A DNA stretch of 64,000 bases, from the NCBI GenBank assembly GCA_021734905.1, contig JAIPIB010000001.1, positions 71,476-135,475 of the forward strand, in the 5' to 3' direction. Both the position numbers and the translations under genes were made by a program. The stretch is from Minisyncoccota bacterium (lineage in GTDB: Bacteria; Patescibacteriota; Minisyncoccia; Phycocordibacterales; UBA918). The first letter of the stretch is position 1. The number at the start of each line of letters is the position of its first letter. This document shows, piece after piece, positions 30,492-41,365 of this stretch. The notes under the pieces were generated by a model, which saw only the letters and a list, made by a program, of their open reading frames with translations, ran no database searches and was not told where the DNA came from.

Positions 30492-32335
30492 ATGGCGTTA
30501 CTAAAAATGATGAGGCTCGTGTAGTCCTCATGAATAAAAAGACAAACCATCGAGGTCCTGATGGTTCTTCAGTGTTTGTAGATAGTAAGATAACACTTGG
30601 ACATAACCGTCTCGCTATCATTGATGTGAGTGATGCGTCAGCACAGCCAATGAAAAGTAATGACGGACGCTATGTCATTGTCTATAACGGAGAACTTTAT
30701 AATTTTAAAGAATTGCGTGAAGAGCTTGTGTCACGATATGAATTCAAAACGCAGGGTGATACAGAAGTCCTTCTTGCTGCGTACATAGTATGGGGAGAAG
30801 AAATGTTCACGAAACTTCGAGGTATTTTCGCTCTTGCTATTTGGGATACCAAAACTGAAGAACTTCTTCTTGCTCGAGATCATATGGGAGTGAAACCGCT
30901 CTACTATCATTTTGAAAATGGAATATTGAGTTTTTCCTCAGAAATTAATGGACTCATAGACACACAAACGAAAGAGCTTGATCAAGATGCTCTCGCACTC
31001 TATATGGAGTTTGGATACGTTCCGAGTAGTGCGTCACTCACTAAAAATATTAAGAAACTATCGCCAGGTCATTGTATTCTCTACAAAAATGAAAGGTTCG
31101 ATGAACACGCTTTCTATGACCCAATTTGTAATATTGGTATTCCGGCGCTTTCCGCGAATCCAAATATGGACCCTCAACAAAGCCTAGTATGTATTATTGA
31201 TACTGCGGTTCAAAGACAACTTGTGTCTGATCGCCCTGTCGGAATGTTTCTATCAGGAGGCATTGATTCAAGTGTTGTACTTCATCATGCATCCAAGTAC
31301 ACACCACATATGCGTACATTCTCTGTCGATTTTGAGATGGTCACGGGAGCAGAGTCGGAAGGAGGTAAATTTAACACCGATGCAGCACTTGCGGCAAAGA
31401 CAGCTCAAATATACGGAGCGCAACACAAGACATTTACGCTCACCATTGAGGATGTTCGTAACAATTTAGTACTAGCAATTGAATCGCTTGATGAGCCTGT
31501 TGCAAATCCAACAGCAATCTCACAGTACCTACTTTCAAAATGGGTACGTGATGAGGGTGTTGTCGTTGCACTCGGTGGGGATGGAGGAGATGAGCTCTTT
31601 GGAGGTTACACACGCCATCGTATGTCAATGGCTGCGTACTATTTTCAAAAAATACCCGCATTATTTCGAGCACCTATTTCTCATCTCAATTCTCGTGTTG
31701 GAAAATTGAACACCGAACTTGGTTTCCCAATGCATATGATGCTTATGGCAAATAAAGTTGTTCAAAATAAAGATATTTTTTTACAAGATTTCTCACCTTA
31801 TATAAAAGCAGAAGCATTTTTTACGTCTGCGTACGCGCGTGTACCACAAGACACCTACCATCCTGTTGATACATTCATGCGTATCGATCGTGAGACATGG
31901 CTTCCTGACGAATCACTGGCACGTTCTGATCGTTCAAGTATGGCACATGGCCTGGAACTTCGTGTACCGCTCCTTGATTTAGATGTCGTAACGTATGCCG
32001 ATACAATCTCTGTCTATAAAAAAACAGACCCATTCACAGGAAAGAAAATTCTTCGTAATGCATACAGTACACATTTACCCGAATACCTTTATAATCAACC
32101 GAAACGTGGTTGGATATCTCCAGGCGCAAAATGGTTTCGCGACCCTGTTATCATGTCGCTCGCGAAAGAAATACTTTCGCCCACCTATTACGACGGACTC
32201 AATCTTTTTAATTGGCCAGTCGTGGAGACGATGCTTTTAGACCATATAGAAAAAAGGGGGTATTATTTGTATCCACTTTGGAACATACTCGTTCTTCAGA
32301 TATGGGCGAGAAAGAACCGCATTAGTATGCAGTAG
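30479..32335 (+). CDS. asnB: Asparagine synthase (glutamine-hydrolysing) family amidotransferase
   Basis: N-terminal Cys (MCAING), HRGPD, NGELYN, RDHMGVKP, LSGGIDSS, GDGGDELFGGY. Confidence 0.92.
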   Translation: MCAINGVTKNDEARVVLMNKKTNHRGPDGSSVFVDSKITLGHNRLAIIDVSDASAQPMKSNDGRYVIVYNGELYNFKELREELVSRYEFKTQGDTEVLLAAYIVWGEEMFTKLRGIFALAIWDTKTEELLLARDHMGVKPLYYHFENGILSFSSEINGLIDTQTKELDQDALALYMEFGYVPSSASLTKNIKKLSPGHCILYKNERFDEHAFYDPICNIGIPALSANPNMDPQQSLVCIIDTAVQRQLVSDRPVGMFLSGGIDSSVVLHHASKYTPHMRTFSVDFEMVTGAESEGGKFNTDAALAAKTAQIYGAQHKTFTLTIEDVRNNLVLAIESLDEPVANPTAISQYLLSKWVRDEGVVVALGGDGGDELFGGYTRHRMSMAAYYFQKIPALFRAPISHLNSRVGKLNTELGFPMHMMLMANKVVQNKDIFLQDFSPYIKAEAFFTSAYARVPQDTYHPVDTFMRIDRETWLPDESLARSDRSSMAHGLELRVPLLDLDVVTYADTISVYKKTDPFTGKKILRNAYSTHLPEYLYNQPKRGWISPGAKWFRDPVIMSLAKEILSPTYYDGLNLFNWPVVETMLLDHIEKRGYYLYPLWNILVLQIWARKNRISMQ

Positions 32336-32342
32336 TGATTGT

Positions 32343-33512
32343 ATGACAGAAAAAACACGCAAAATAAAATTAGTGTACATAGCGAATGTTCGTATGCCTA
32401 ATGAGCGTGCACATGGAATTCAGATTGCAAATACGTGCGAAGGGGTTGGTAAAAGGGGAATTGACTTAACCCTCGTTACATCAAAATTTTATGACAAGCG
32501 CCTACTTCTATCCGAACATTACGATATTACACAGACCTTTAAGCACACCAAAATATTTGTTTTTGATATACCGTGGATTCCATTTCGGTATTTTCTTCGA
32601 AATTTTTCCTTTTTCTTTTTTGTAAATGTTTATTTACTTACTGCATATATAAAGTCATTTGTGGCAAGGGAGAAATTAGTGGTGTATGTGCGAGGAGAAG
32701 TAATACTTTCACTAATTCCATTTACTTGGTTCATTCCTATTTTTTTTGAGACGCATCAAATTAGAAACTATGAAAGCTTGTACCGAATTGCACTTAGTAG
32801 AGTAAGGGGAATAATTGTGGTTACTCAAGGCCTGAAGACAAAGTTTGTTAAAGAATATAAAATTTCACAAAATAAGATTCTTGTGGCCAGGGATTCGGTA
32901 AATCTAGAAAAATTTAAATCTTCCGCACGGAACAGAGAACTGTGGATTCAACATGGAATTCCGAAGGATAAAAAAATTGTCCTCTATTCCGGAAGCTTGG
33001 CAATAGAAAAGGGTGTTCATACACTAGCGGGTACAGCAATGTTTGTGCCAAATGATGTGCAAATCGTATTTCTAGGAGGAACAGAATCTCAAGTTTCCGC
33101 ATTTAAGGATAAATATGGAAACGTAAAAAATATTTCCATACTCGGTAGGGTAAACTATATTGAAGTTCCAAAATATATTGCCGCGGCTGATGTGCTCGTT
33201 CTCCCTGACCTAGCTGAATTTACTTATAGTAACTTGTACACATCTCCGATGAAGCTTTTTGAGTACATGGCAAGCGGACGTCCGATTTTGGCTTCTCGAG
33301 TGCCGTCACTTCTTGAGGTTCTTAATGAAAATTCGGCAGTATTTTTTGAATCGGGAAATTCAGAATCTCTTGCAAAAGGAATTAACTCAATAATAAATGA
33401 CGACATACAATCGAATGAGTTGGGTATGCGGGCACAGGAAATTGTCTCTGAATTTACGTGGGAAAAGAGAGCCGAAGCAATCATAAGTCATATTCAGAAT
33501 CATTTAGCATAG
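32343..33512 (+). CDS. Glycosyltransferase family 4
   Basis: GSLAIEKG, SPMKLFEYMASG. Confidence 0.9.
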   Translation: MTEKTRKIKLVYIANVRMPNERAHGIQIANTCEGVGKRGIDLTLVTSKFYDKRLLLSEHYDITQTFKHTKIFVFDIPWIPFRYFLRNFSFFFFVNVYLLTAYIKSFVAREKLVVYVRGEVILSLIPFTWFIPIFFETHQIRNYESLYRIALSRVRGIIVVTQGLKTKFVKEYKISQNKILVARDSVNLEKFKSSARNRELWIQHGIPKDKKIVLYSGSLAIEKGVHTLAGTAMFVPNDVQIVFLGGTESQVSAFKDKYGNVKNISILGRVNYIEVPKYIAAADVLVLPDLAEFTYSNLYTSPMKLFEYMASGRPILASRVPSLLEVLNENSAVFFESGNSESLAKGINSIINDDIQSNELGMRAQEIVSEFTWEKRAEAIISHIQNHLA

Positions 33513-33570
33513 AGAGGTAATTTTATTCGAATCACTATATACTAGTACAAATCAAAATTATGCAACGAGT

Positions 33571-34191
33571 ATGATGAATAAAGATAAGGAAGCAACATAC
33601 GCTGAAAAAATATACACCGTTAATGGTGTTACTCAGGAGAATATTTGTACTCATGGTGAAAAAATCCTCCATATAGGTCCGGGCAAGAGGGCTCTCTTAG
33701 GGGCAAAAACAATAGATATTCTTAATCTTTCTGGTGTTGATATTGTTCATGATTTAGATATCGTGCCGTGGCCATTTAAAGACAATGAATTTGATTTAAT
33801 ATTTGCGCACAGTGTTTTTGAGCACTTGGATAAACAAATCGCCGTAATGGAGGAGATGTGGCGGATTCTTAAGCCGAAAGGTCGGATTGTCATTACGGTA
33901 CCGCATTTCAGGTGTACAGATGCTTTCACCGATTCAACGCACAGACATTTTTTTACGACACAATCAATGGACTACTACATAAAGACAAAAGCGCTCTCGA
34001 ATTACCAGTACACGACCAAAAACTTTTTGGAAAAAGGTTTTTGGTTTGGATGGCCACAGCAGTCAAAAAATCCATTCACGAGACTCTTTAAGTGGTTTAT
34101 TAAAAGGTACCCACGTTTCTATGATTCGCACCTGTCGCTCCTTTTTCCAGTCAAGATAATTATTTGGGAACTTGAAGCAGTAAAAGAATAA
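33571..34191 (+). CDS. Class I SAM-dependent methyltransferase
   Basis: LHIGPG, HSVFEHL, WRILKPKG, DSTH. Confidence 0.85.
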   Translation: MMNKDKEATYAEKIYTVNGVTQENICTHGEKILHIGPGKRALLGAKTIDILNLSGVDIVHDLDIVPWPFKDNEFDLIFAHSVFEHLDKQIAVMEEMWRILKPKGRIVITVPHFRCTDAFTDSTHRHFFTTQSMDYYIKTKALSNYQYTTKNFLEKGFWFGWPQQSKNPFTRLFKWFIKRYPRFYDSHLSLLFPVKIIIWELEAVKE

Positions 34192-34192
34192 T

Positions 34193-35284
34193 ATGCATGT
34201 AGGAATCGTATTACATCCATTTGGCAACTCATCGAAGGGCTTGGAACAGTATGTCTTCGAGAGTACCAAGGCGATACTTGAAAAATCTGTAGGCGATATT
34301 ACAGTTACTGTTTTTGTAAAGGGTGATTCTGATACGAGTTCGTTACCTGCAGGAACTCCTGTAATAAAATTACCAGACTCAATATTTTGGAATTTGTTTT
34401 TGATACCGTGGTATAGAAAATGTGACACGTTTATTTTTTTTACTGAGTCCGCACCATTTTTTCTTTGGAAGAAAAGCATTATTGTTTTTCTCGATGCTGC
34501 GTATTACCATTTTGTTGAATCAACCTTTTTTTCAAAAATAAAACGAATTTTTCTTGCTTGGTGGAGGAAACATATGATGCTTGCAGCTCAGCATGTTGTG
34601 ACGATTTCAGAGGCTTCGAAGAAAGATCTTTTAGATATCTTTAAAATCCAAGATCAACACGTCTCTGTGATTTATCCAGGATTTAAGTCATTGAAGTATT
34701 CGAAGAATACAATTACGCTGGTAAATGAAAAAACGTACTTTATGTATGTTGGTCCGATGAAAGAGCGTAAGAATGTTGTGGCTATCGTCGAGGCGTATAT
34801 TCGTTTCCATGAAATGACTGATTTTAATCATCAGCTTATTCTTGTTGGAAGAAAATCGAGTGGAACATATGCCGATAAAGTGAATAAACTTGTCGAAAAA
34901 AGTATATACAGAGATTCAATTATCTTTAAAACATCTGTGAATGATGAAGAGTTACAAGAAATGTACACTCAAGCTGCTGCACTTGTGTACCCGAGTTTGT
35001 TAGAAGGTTTTGGTCTACCAATACTTGAGGCACTAAGCTGTGGGTGCATGGTTATTACCTCAAACACAACGAGCACGAAGGAAGTCGTAGGGAAAGCAGG
35101 ATTTTTGGTTAATCCACACGAAGTCTATGAAATTGCTGATGCTATGGCGCATGTGGCTAATTATGATTATGATGAAGAAGAGTTTAAGGTAGCTGCAAGA
35201 GAACAATGTGATAAATTTAGTTGGGAGAAGTCGGGAGTTGAATGGTGTAAAATACTTCGGGAAAAATGCCCGACGACTAAATAA
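34193..35284 (+). CDS. Glycosyltransferase family 4 (mannosyl/rhamnosyltransferase-like)
   Basis: ERKN, PSLLEGFGLPILEA. Confidence 0.9.
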   Translation: MHVGIVLHPFGNSSKGLEQYVFESTKAILEKSVGDITVTVFVKGDSDTSSLPAGTPVIKLPDSIFWNLFLIPWYRKCDTFIFFTESAPFFLWKKSIIVFLDAAYYHFVESTFFSKIKRIFLAWWRKHMMLAAQHVVTISEASKKDLLDIFKIQDQHVSVIYPGFKSLKYSKNTITLVNEKTYFMYVGPMKERKNVVAIVEAYIRFHEMTDFNHQLILVGRKSSGTYADKVNKLVEKSIYRDSIIFKTSVNDEELQEMYTQAAALVYPSLLEGFGLPILEALSCGCMVITSNTTSTKEVVGKAGFLVNPHEVYEIADAMAHVANYDYDEEEFKVAAREQCDKFSWEKSGVEWCKILREKCPTTK

Positions 35285-35304
35285 TCCTCAAACATCACTA
35301 TAGT

Positions 35305-36339
35305 ATGAAAAAGAAGAAAGTATTTGTTACAGGAATCACTGGTCAAGACGGATCGTATTTAACGCCGATCTTACTTGATGCTGGATATGAGGTTCATGCA
35401 CTCGTACGTCTTCGTGGTGGAGATCGACCAGTCATTATTGATGACCTTGCGCGAGAAAAAAAAGTCATTTTTCATACAGGTTCACTTACGGACCTTTCTT
35501 CTTTAAGTACGATTTTGGAGGGGGTGAGACCAGATGAAGTTTATAATCTTGCGGCACAATCCCACGTAGTGTCTTCATTCAAAAGTCCCGTTGAAACATG
35601 GGACGTAAATTATTATGGTCTTGGACGCTTGGTCAATGAAGCACTTCGAGTAAATCCTGATGTGCGTATTTACCAAGCGTCGACAAGTGAAATGTTTGGT
35701 AATTCTCCAGCACCACAAAGTGAGAATACCCCGTTTGATCCTCAGAGTCCGTATGCAATGTCAAAAGCGATGGCACACACTGATTTTATTATGCACAAGA
35801 GAGCTTCAATGGGCGCGTTTGCCGTATCAGGCATTCTCTTTAATCATGAGTCACCAAGACGGGGAAGGGATTTTGTCACACGAAAAATTACGTTTTCTCT
35901 AGCTAAGATCGCATTTGGTTTACAAGAGTGTCTTGAGCTTGGGAACCTTAATGCAGTACGTGATTGGGGACATGCTGAAGACTATGTCCGCGCGATGTTT
36001 ATGATGCTCCAGCAAGACACTCCAGAAGATTATGTCATAGCGAGTGGCGAGTCACATTCAGTGCGAGATTTTGTTGAGATTGCCGCACAGTATTTTGGCA
36101 TCAATATTGCATGGGAAGGAGAAGGAAAAGCTGAAATAGGTCGTAACAAAATGACGGGAAAGATAGTTGTAAAAGTGAACCCAGAGTTTTATCGACCACG
36201 GGAAGTCAACTTCATTCAGGGGGATGCGACAAAGGCACACACAAAACTCGGATGGAAACCAAGGTATAGCTTTAGTGATATTGTCACTGAAATGGTGAAG
36301 TCTGATCAGGAATTAGTCCGTAGAGAATATAAATTATAA
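35305..36339 (+). CDS. gmd: GDP-mannose 4,6-dehydratase, copy 1
   Basis: TGITGQDGSYL, QASTSE, YAMSK, LFNHESPRRG, RDWG. Confidence 0.93.
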   Translation: MKKKKVFVTGITGQDGSYLTPILLDAGYEVHALVRLRGGDRPVIIDDLAREKKVIFHTGSLTDLSSLSTILEGVRPDEVYNLAAQSHVVSSFKSPVETWDVNYYGLGRLVNEALRVNPDVRIYQASTSEMFGNSPAPQSENTPFDPQSPYAMSKAMAHTDFIMHKRASMGAFAVSGILFNHESPRRGRDFVTRKITFSLAKIAFGLQECLELGNLNAVRDWGHAEDYVRAMFMMLQQDTPEDYVIASGESHSVRDFVEIAAQYFGINIAWEGEGKAEIGRNKMTGKIVVKVNPEFYRPREVNFIQGDATKAHTKLGWKPRYSFSDIVTEMVKSDQELVRREYKL

Positions 36340-36343
36340 TCGT

Positions 36344-37498
36344 ATGATTAAAAGTACCTATCTAAGAACCGCTATCCTTTTTTTGTTATCATTATTCTTT
36401 TCACTTTTCAGAGGAAAAGCTACTCGTGTGGCACCGAATATGACGCGTGTCGGAGTAATATATCTTACAGGTAATGTTGGGGATATGATCTTTTGTACAC
36501 CCATATTTCGAGCACTTAAGGAAGCAAAACCAGAAAGTGAAATGTATGTTATTGGTAGGAAGCGAAATGCAGATACACTTCGTTATAGTCCTCATGTGAA
36601 GGAATATATTGAATGCCCAAACTCGCCATACGCACTTTGGAAGATTCTGAGAGGACTCAAATTACAGTATGCCTTTATACTCAATCCTTCAACGCTTGAA
36701 CTTGCTCTTTTTTATCTTGCGAACGTCCAAGCGATTGCGACATTTTCTGCGCCAATTGCGTCTGCAGAAACACGAACGTATAGAATCTTAAAGAAACTTT
36801 GTATACAAATTCCATTTGCAGCTGGTGAGAATTTTGCAACTGAGAATCTTAAGTTAATTGCTCCCCTCGGTATTGTGTCTACTGATACGAGGAAGCATCT
36901 CTACTATTCAGAAGAAGCTCGTATTGGTATCCAGAATTTTCTTAAAGAACAAAATGTTGTTCTGGGGGTCAACATGGTCATTGCCCTCGCTCCTGGGGCA
37001 GGTACAAAAATAAAACAATGGCCGGCAGATAGATTTGCAAAGCTTGCAGACCACTTGTATGAAAAATATCATACCCCTATTTTTATCGTAGGAGGCCCTG
37101 GCGATAAAAAAGAATTTGAAGCGATGTCACAGGCACTAAATACTGAGACAAAGGTAGTATCATGTCTGCATCACACAATTGATGAACTAAAGGCATTTAT
37201 GGCACAAATAGATATTGTTATTGCAAATGATAGCGCACCAATCTATGTTGCTGAAGCTTTCGATAAAGCTACCGTAACGATTGTTGGGCCAACAGATGAA
37301 AATGAACATCCACCAAAAGGTGTGTTCGACAGAGTGGTAAAAAGCAAGGACAGAGGAGTTCCTGCTCTTGCTGCCAGTATTGCCAATGAGCAATCAAACA
37401 ACAGTGAGGACGCACGAAGTCAAATAGAAAAAGTGACTGTTCTAGAAGTGGTTGATACTGCTGATGAACTCATTGCTACCCTTGAAAAAGGCAGATAA
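36344..37498 (+). CDS. Glycosyltransferase family 9 (heptosyltransferase-like)
   Basis: VGDMI, PGAG..IKQWP, ANDSAP, GPT. Confidence 0.85.
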   Translation: MIKSTYLRTAILFLLSLFFSLFRGKATRVAPNMTRVGVIYLTGNVGDMIFCTPIFRALKEAKPESEMYVIGRKRNADTLRYSPHVKEYIECPNSPYALWKILRGLKLQYAFILNPSTLELALFYLANVQAIATFSAPIASAETRTYRILKKLCIQIPFAAGENFATENLKLIAPLGIVSTDTRKHLYYSEEARIGIQNFLKEQNVVLGVNMVIALAPGAGTKIKQWPADRFAKLADHLYEKYHTPIFIVGGPGDKKEFEAMSQALNTETKVVSCLHHTIDELKAFMAQIDIVIANDSAPIYVAEAFDKATVTIVGPTDENEHPPKGVFDRVVKSKDRGVPALAASIANEQSNNSEDARSQIEKVTVLEVVDTADELIATLEKGR

Positions 37499-37542
37499 AC
37501 AGTGAATTTTAAATTTAGTAGTCATATGATATATTTACATCG

Positions 37543-38580
37543 ATGAAAAAAGCTCTCATTACAGGGATTACAGGACAAGACGGGTCGTACCTTGCTGAAT
37601 TTTTGCTACAAAAAGGCTATGAAGTTCATGGTTTAATGCGTCGTTCAAGTACGGAGCCACTGATTCGCATTCAGGATATTGTTTTTGATGGAAAGGTTAC
37701 TCTTCATATGGGTGATTTACGTGATCCTGCCTGCATCCAGCGTGTAATAGAACTTGTATCTCCAGATGAGATCTATAATTTTGCAGCACAGTCAGACGTC
37801 GGGATTTCGTTTAAGTGTCCAGAGGAAGCTTATTCCATTAACTTTGAAGGCGTACGAGATTTGGTTGAGGCAGCTTGGAAACACAATAAGGATGTTCGTT
37901 TTTACCAAGCGTCGACAAGTGAGATGTTTGGCTCAACGAATCCTCCTCAGAATGAAAAGGCGCCATTTCAACCAGTAAGTCCATATGCAGAAGCAAAACT
38001 CAAAGCCCATCAAGATGTTGTCCTTGAGTATCGGAAAAAATATGGAATGCACATTTCTTCAGGTATTCTTTTTAATCATGAGTCACCACGTAGAGGTAAA
38101 CATTTTGTGACTCGAAAAATCACTCACTCACTCGCTAAAGTAAAGCTTGGACTTCAGACACATGTGACTCTCGGTAACCTTGAAGCTAAGCGAGACTGGG
38201 GATATGCAGGAGATTATGTAGAGGCTATGTGGCTCATGCTTCAGGCTGAGACAGCTGATGATTATGTTATAGCAACGGGTGAGTCACGGTCTGTCCGTGA
38301 TTTTGTCGAGGCTGCAGCTGATTCATTGGGTATGAAAATTACTTGGGAAGGAGAGGGTGTTGATGAGGTTGGTAAAGATGAACATGGGGATGTTGTGGTT
38401 AAAATCTCTAAGAATTTTTACCGCCCGGCCGAAGTTGATTATCTCCTCGGAGATGCCACAAAAGCAAAAGAGAAACTTGGTTGGACTCCAAAAACCACGT
38501 TCCAAGAACTCGTACACATGATGGTTGCTTCAGACTTGAAGGATGCAAAATATGAGCAAATGAAAAAGAGTATTGAGTAA
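37543..38580 (+). CDS. gmd: GDP-mannose 4,6-dehydratase, copy 2
   Basis: ITGITGQDGSYL, QASTSE, YAEAK, FNHESPRRG. Confidence 0.93.
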   Translation: MKKALITGITGQDGSYLAEFLLQKGYEVHGLMRRSSTEPLIRIQDIVFDGKVTLHMGDLRDPACIQRVIELVSPDEIYNFAAQSDVGISFKCPEEAYSINFEGVRDLVEAAWKHNKDVRFYQASTSEMFGSTNPPQNEKAPFQPVSPYAEAKLKAHQDVVLEYRKKYGMHISSGILFNHESPRRGKHFVTRKITHSLAKVKLGLQTHVTLGNLEAKRDWGYAGDYVEAMWLMLQAETADDYVIATGESRSVRDFVEAAADSLGMKITWEGEGVDEVGKDEHGDVVVKISKNFYRPAEVDYLLGDATKAKEKLGWTPKTTFQELVHMMVASDLKDAKYEQMKKSIE

Positions 38581-38608
38581 ATTATTGATAATGCACCTTT
38601 AAGTATCT

Positions 38609-38998
38609 ATGAGTATACACATTCCTGTTTCAGCTGCAGAACTTATTGATAAAATCACAATTCTAGAAATCAAATGTTCGGAATTCACTGACAGTAATAA
38701 GCTTGCTAATGTTAAGGATGAACTTGATGCTCTAACCGAGGTAGTGAAGAGTAGTGTTAATGATTCGCTCGAACTCGAAAAGTTACACACAGAACTTCGG
38801 CTCATTAACAAGAAGATTTGGGATTCTGAGAATGACGTACGACAATTTTGGAATGATGATGAAAAATTTAATGCTGGAGCAAAACAGTCTCATTATTATA
38901 ATGATGAGCGAGCGCGAGTAAAAAAAGAAATAAACCAACTACTTGGTTCAAGTATTATAGAAGAAAAATCGCACCCAGCGTATGAGCACAAGGTCTAA
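38609..38998 (+). CDS. DUF6165-like protein
   Basis: PVS..ELIDKITILEIK...N..IWD.E...NDERA..K..IN....S.IIEEK. Confidence 0.75.
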   Translation: MSIHIPVSAAELIDKITILEIKCSEFTDSNKLANVKDELDALTEVVKSSVNDSLELEKLHTELRLINKKIWDSENDVRQFWNDDEKFNAGAKQSHYYNDERARVKKEINQLLGSSIIEEKSHPAYEHKV

Positions 38999-39989
38999 AC
39001 GAGCCTTCATAACGGGAGTATATGGACAGGATGGATCGTATCTTGCTGAGGTTCTTCTTGATAGTGGATATGAGGTTCTTGGACTTGTGTCTCCTTCAGA
39101 TAAAAAGAATCAAGATGCAAAACTTTTTCAAGAGAAAAAAGAATTCTCTCTTTTTGTTGCTAATTTAGAAGATGCGGGACGTATCGTGGAAAAACTTGAA
39201 GAATTTCGACCACATGAAATATATAATCTTGCTGCAGTCTCTGATTTAAAAACAGCAAAAGAACGACCAGAGTATACCTACGATATAAATTATACTGCAT
39301 TCAAAAACCTTGTTACACATGCGACTGACATTGATTCTTCTGTGAAGATCTTTCAGGCACTCTCATCAAGAATTCTTGTTCCCAATACACAAGGCGTCAT
39401 CGAGGAGACTTCACAATTTTCTGAACCGAGTAATGCGTATGACAAAGCAAAAAGAGATTCGTATACGTTTGTCCGTGACTACAGAGACCGTGGTTTTTTT
39501 GTAGCATCAGGCTTTCTCTGTAATCATGAATCACCACGGAGGGGTCCTCGTTTCGTGACAGGGAAGATCGCACGAGGAGTCATTGATATTGAAAACGGAG
39601 CTATTGAAAAAATATATGTCGGGAATGTTAACGCCCTAAGGGACTGGAGTCACGCAAAAGATGTCGTGAGGGCGATGTATGCCGTCCTTCAAGTTCCTGT
39701 GTCAGACGATTATGTTATTGGGTCAGGTGAACTTCATTCGGTAAGAGATTTTATTAGTGAGGCTTTTAATGCTATAAAAATGCCCCTTACGTGGGCAGGT
39801 GAAGGTATAGATACGTATGCAGTCGATTTGAGCGGTACCGTTCGTGTAGCTGTTGATCCAGAATTCTTTCAAGTCGATGATAACCCAGTAGTCTCAAATA
39901 CAAAAAAGTTAAAGACAGACACAGGATGGTCACCAAAAATCTCTTTTTCAGAACTTATCTCGGAGATGGTAGAGGCTGAGCGCTTGTGA
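38982..39989 (+). CDS. Divergent Gmd-family SDR, copy 3
   Basis: TGVYGQDGSYL, NHESPRRG. QALSSR replaces QASTSE. Confidence 0.8.
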   Translation: MSTRSKRAFITGVYGQDGSYLAEVLLDSGYEVLGLVSPSDKKNQDAKLFQEKKEFSLFVANLEDAGRIVEKLEEFRPHEIYNLAAVSDLKTAKERPEYTYDINYTAFKNLVTHATDIDSSVKIFQALSSRILVPNTQGVIEETSQFSEPSNAYDKAKRDSYTFVRDYRDRGFFVASGFLCNHESPRRGPRFVTGKIARGVIDIENGAIEKIYVGNVNALRDWSHAKDVVRAMYAVLQVPVSDDYVIGSGELHSVRDFISEAFNAIKMPLTWAGEGIDTYAVDLSGTVRVAVDPEFFQVDDNPVVSNTKKLKTDTGWSPKISFSELISEMVEAERL

Positions 39990-39990
39990 T

Positions 39991-41265
39991 TTATTTCTGA
40001 AAAGTAATTATCTCAAACTTTGGGCAGGGGACAATGAAGGCTCCTCCTTTCTCGAGGTACTCCTTTTCACGTGTTGTAAACTCATTTATGAAGTGCCAAG
40101 GTAAAACGAGCATGTAATCAGGTTTCTTATTTCGAGCTTCTTCCTCAGAGAATATTGGTATGTTAGATCCTGCTGTTTTCTTTCCATATTTTATTGATGA
40201 TCGCTCGGCGATTCCATCAATATGGTTGTCATTGAGGCCGTACCACTGAAGAAGAGTGTTTCCTTTTGTTGAAGCACCATAACCCATGATTTTCTTTCCA
40301 TCAAGCTTTGCCTGTTCAATAAAATCCATAGTCTGCTTCTTGAGCTCTTGTATCTGGGAGAAAAAGTCTGTATACGTCCGTGGATCTTTGAGGTTCATTT
40401 TTTCTTCGAGAGCGAGAATCCCATCGATACGCATTTGCGCAACGTCCCTGTATGGAGCTGTGGCGAAAAGCGATGCAGTTGCATCTTTTTTACGAATGTA
40501 GATTCTAAAACTACCACCGTTGATGTCGTTTAACTGACAGTCGACTACTCTAAGATCATGCTGGTCAAGGAGGTATATAAGAGACTCAAGGCTGTAATAC
40601 TCAAGATGTTCATGGCAGATATTATCAAAGGCGAGTTGCTTGAGCATGAGAGGAAGGTAACTCATCTGGATAATCCAGAGTCCTTCATCATCAAGTGAGT
40701 CGTATATATCAGAGACAAAGGCATGTGGTTCCTCGAGATCATAAAACATCGCGATGGACGTAATTATTTTTGCTTTCTGTAACCCTGTCTCTTTATATTT
40801 GTCTGCCGTGAAGTAGTCAACAATAACTTCGTCTGCATGTTTTTTTGATTCTTCCTCAAGGAAGGTATTAAGTGCTGGGTCGAAGCCAACTCTTTTTATT
40901 GAAGGGTCGACATTTGCTAGTAGCGTCCCATCGTTACACCCAATATCAAGCCACACATCATCTGAAGTAGGGTGTATCATTTTTGTTGCGCTCTCGGCTA
41001 TTTCTTTGAGTTCCTGTCGCATTGTCGCATTGGTGCCAGAGCGATACCAATACTCTCGGTACATTGCATCAAAGTCAGCAGTATGGGCGAGCTGGACGAG
41101 TCCAGATTTTGGAGCAAGCATCATTTTAAGTTCAACAGGTTCAAGACGTGGCTCAATATCAGGGTCAATGAAGTCTGAAATGTGGAGTTCTCCCAAGGTG
41201 AAAAGCTCAATGAGTGGCTCTCCAGATATTCGGCATACGGCACGATCCTCCTTGTTTTTTAGCAT
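39991..41265 (-). CDS. NDP-hexose C-methyltransferase
   Basis: DIGCNDG, FDNICHEH, GGSFR, YGASTKG, LPWHF. Confidence 0.85.
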   Translation of the reverse strand: MLKNKEDRAVCRISGEPLIELFTLGELHISDFIDPDIEPRLEPVELKMMLAPKSGLVQLAHTADFDAMYREYWYRSGTNATMRQELKEIAESATKMIHPTSDDVWLDIGCNDGTLLANVDPSIKRVGFDPALNTFLEEESKKHADEVIVDYFTADKYKETGLQKAKIITSIAMFYDLEEPHAFVSDIYDSLDDEGLWIIQMSYLPLMLKQLAFDNICHEHLEYYSLESLIYLLDQHDLRVVDCQLNDINGGSFRIYIRKKDATASLFATAPYRDVAQMRIDGILALEEKMNLKDPRTYTDFFSQIQELKKQTMDFIEQAKLDGKKIMGYGASTKGNTLLQWYGLNDNHIDGIAERSSIKYGKKTAGSNIPIFSEEEARNKKPDYMLVLPWHFINEFTTREKEYLEKGGAFIVPCPKFEIITFQK

Positions 41266-41365
41266 GGTGAGATTATAACGTGTGACTCATGTACGTACAA
41301 GCACCTGCTGAAGGGGTATGATACACTTCTACCATATATGGTTGTGGTGGGATCTGACTTTAGAT

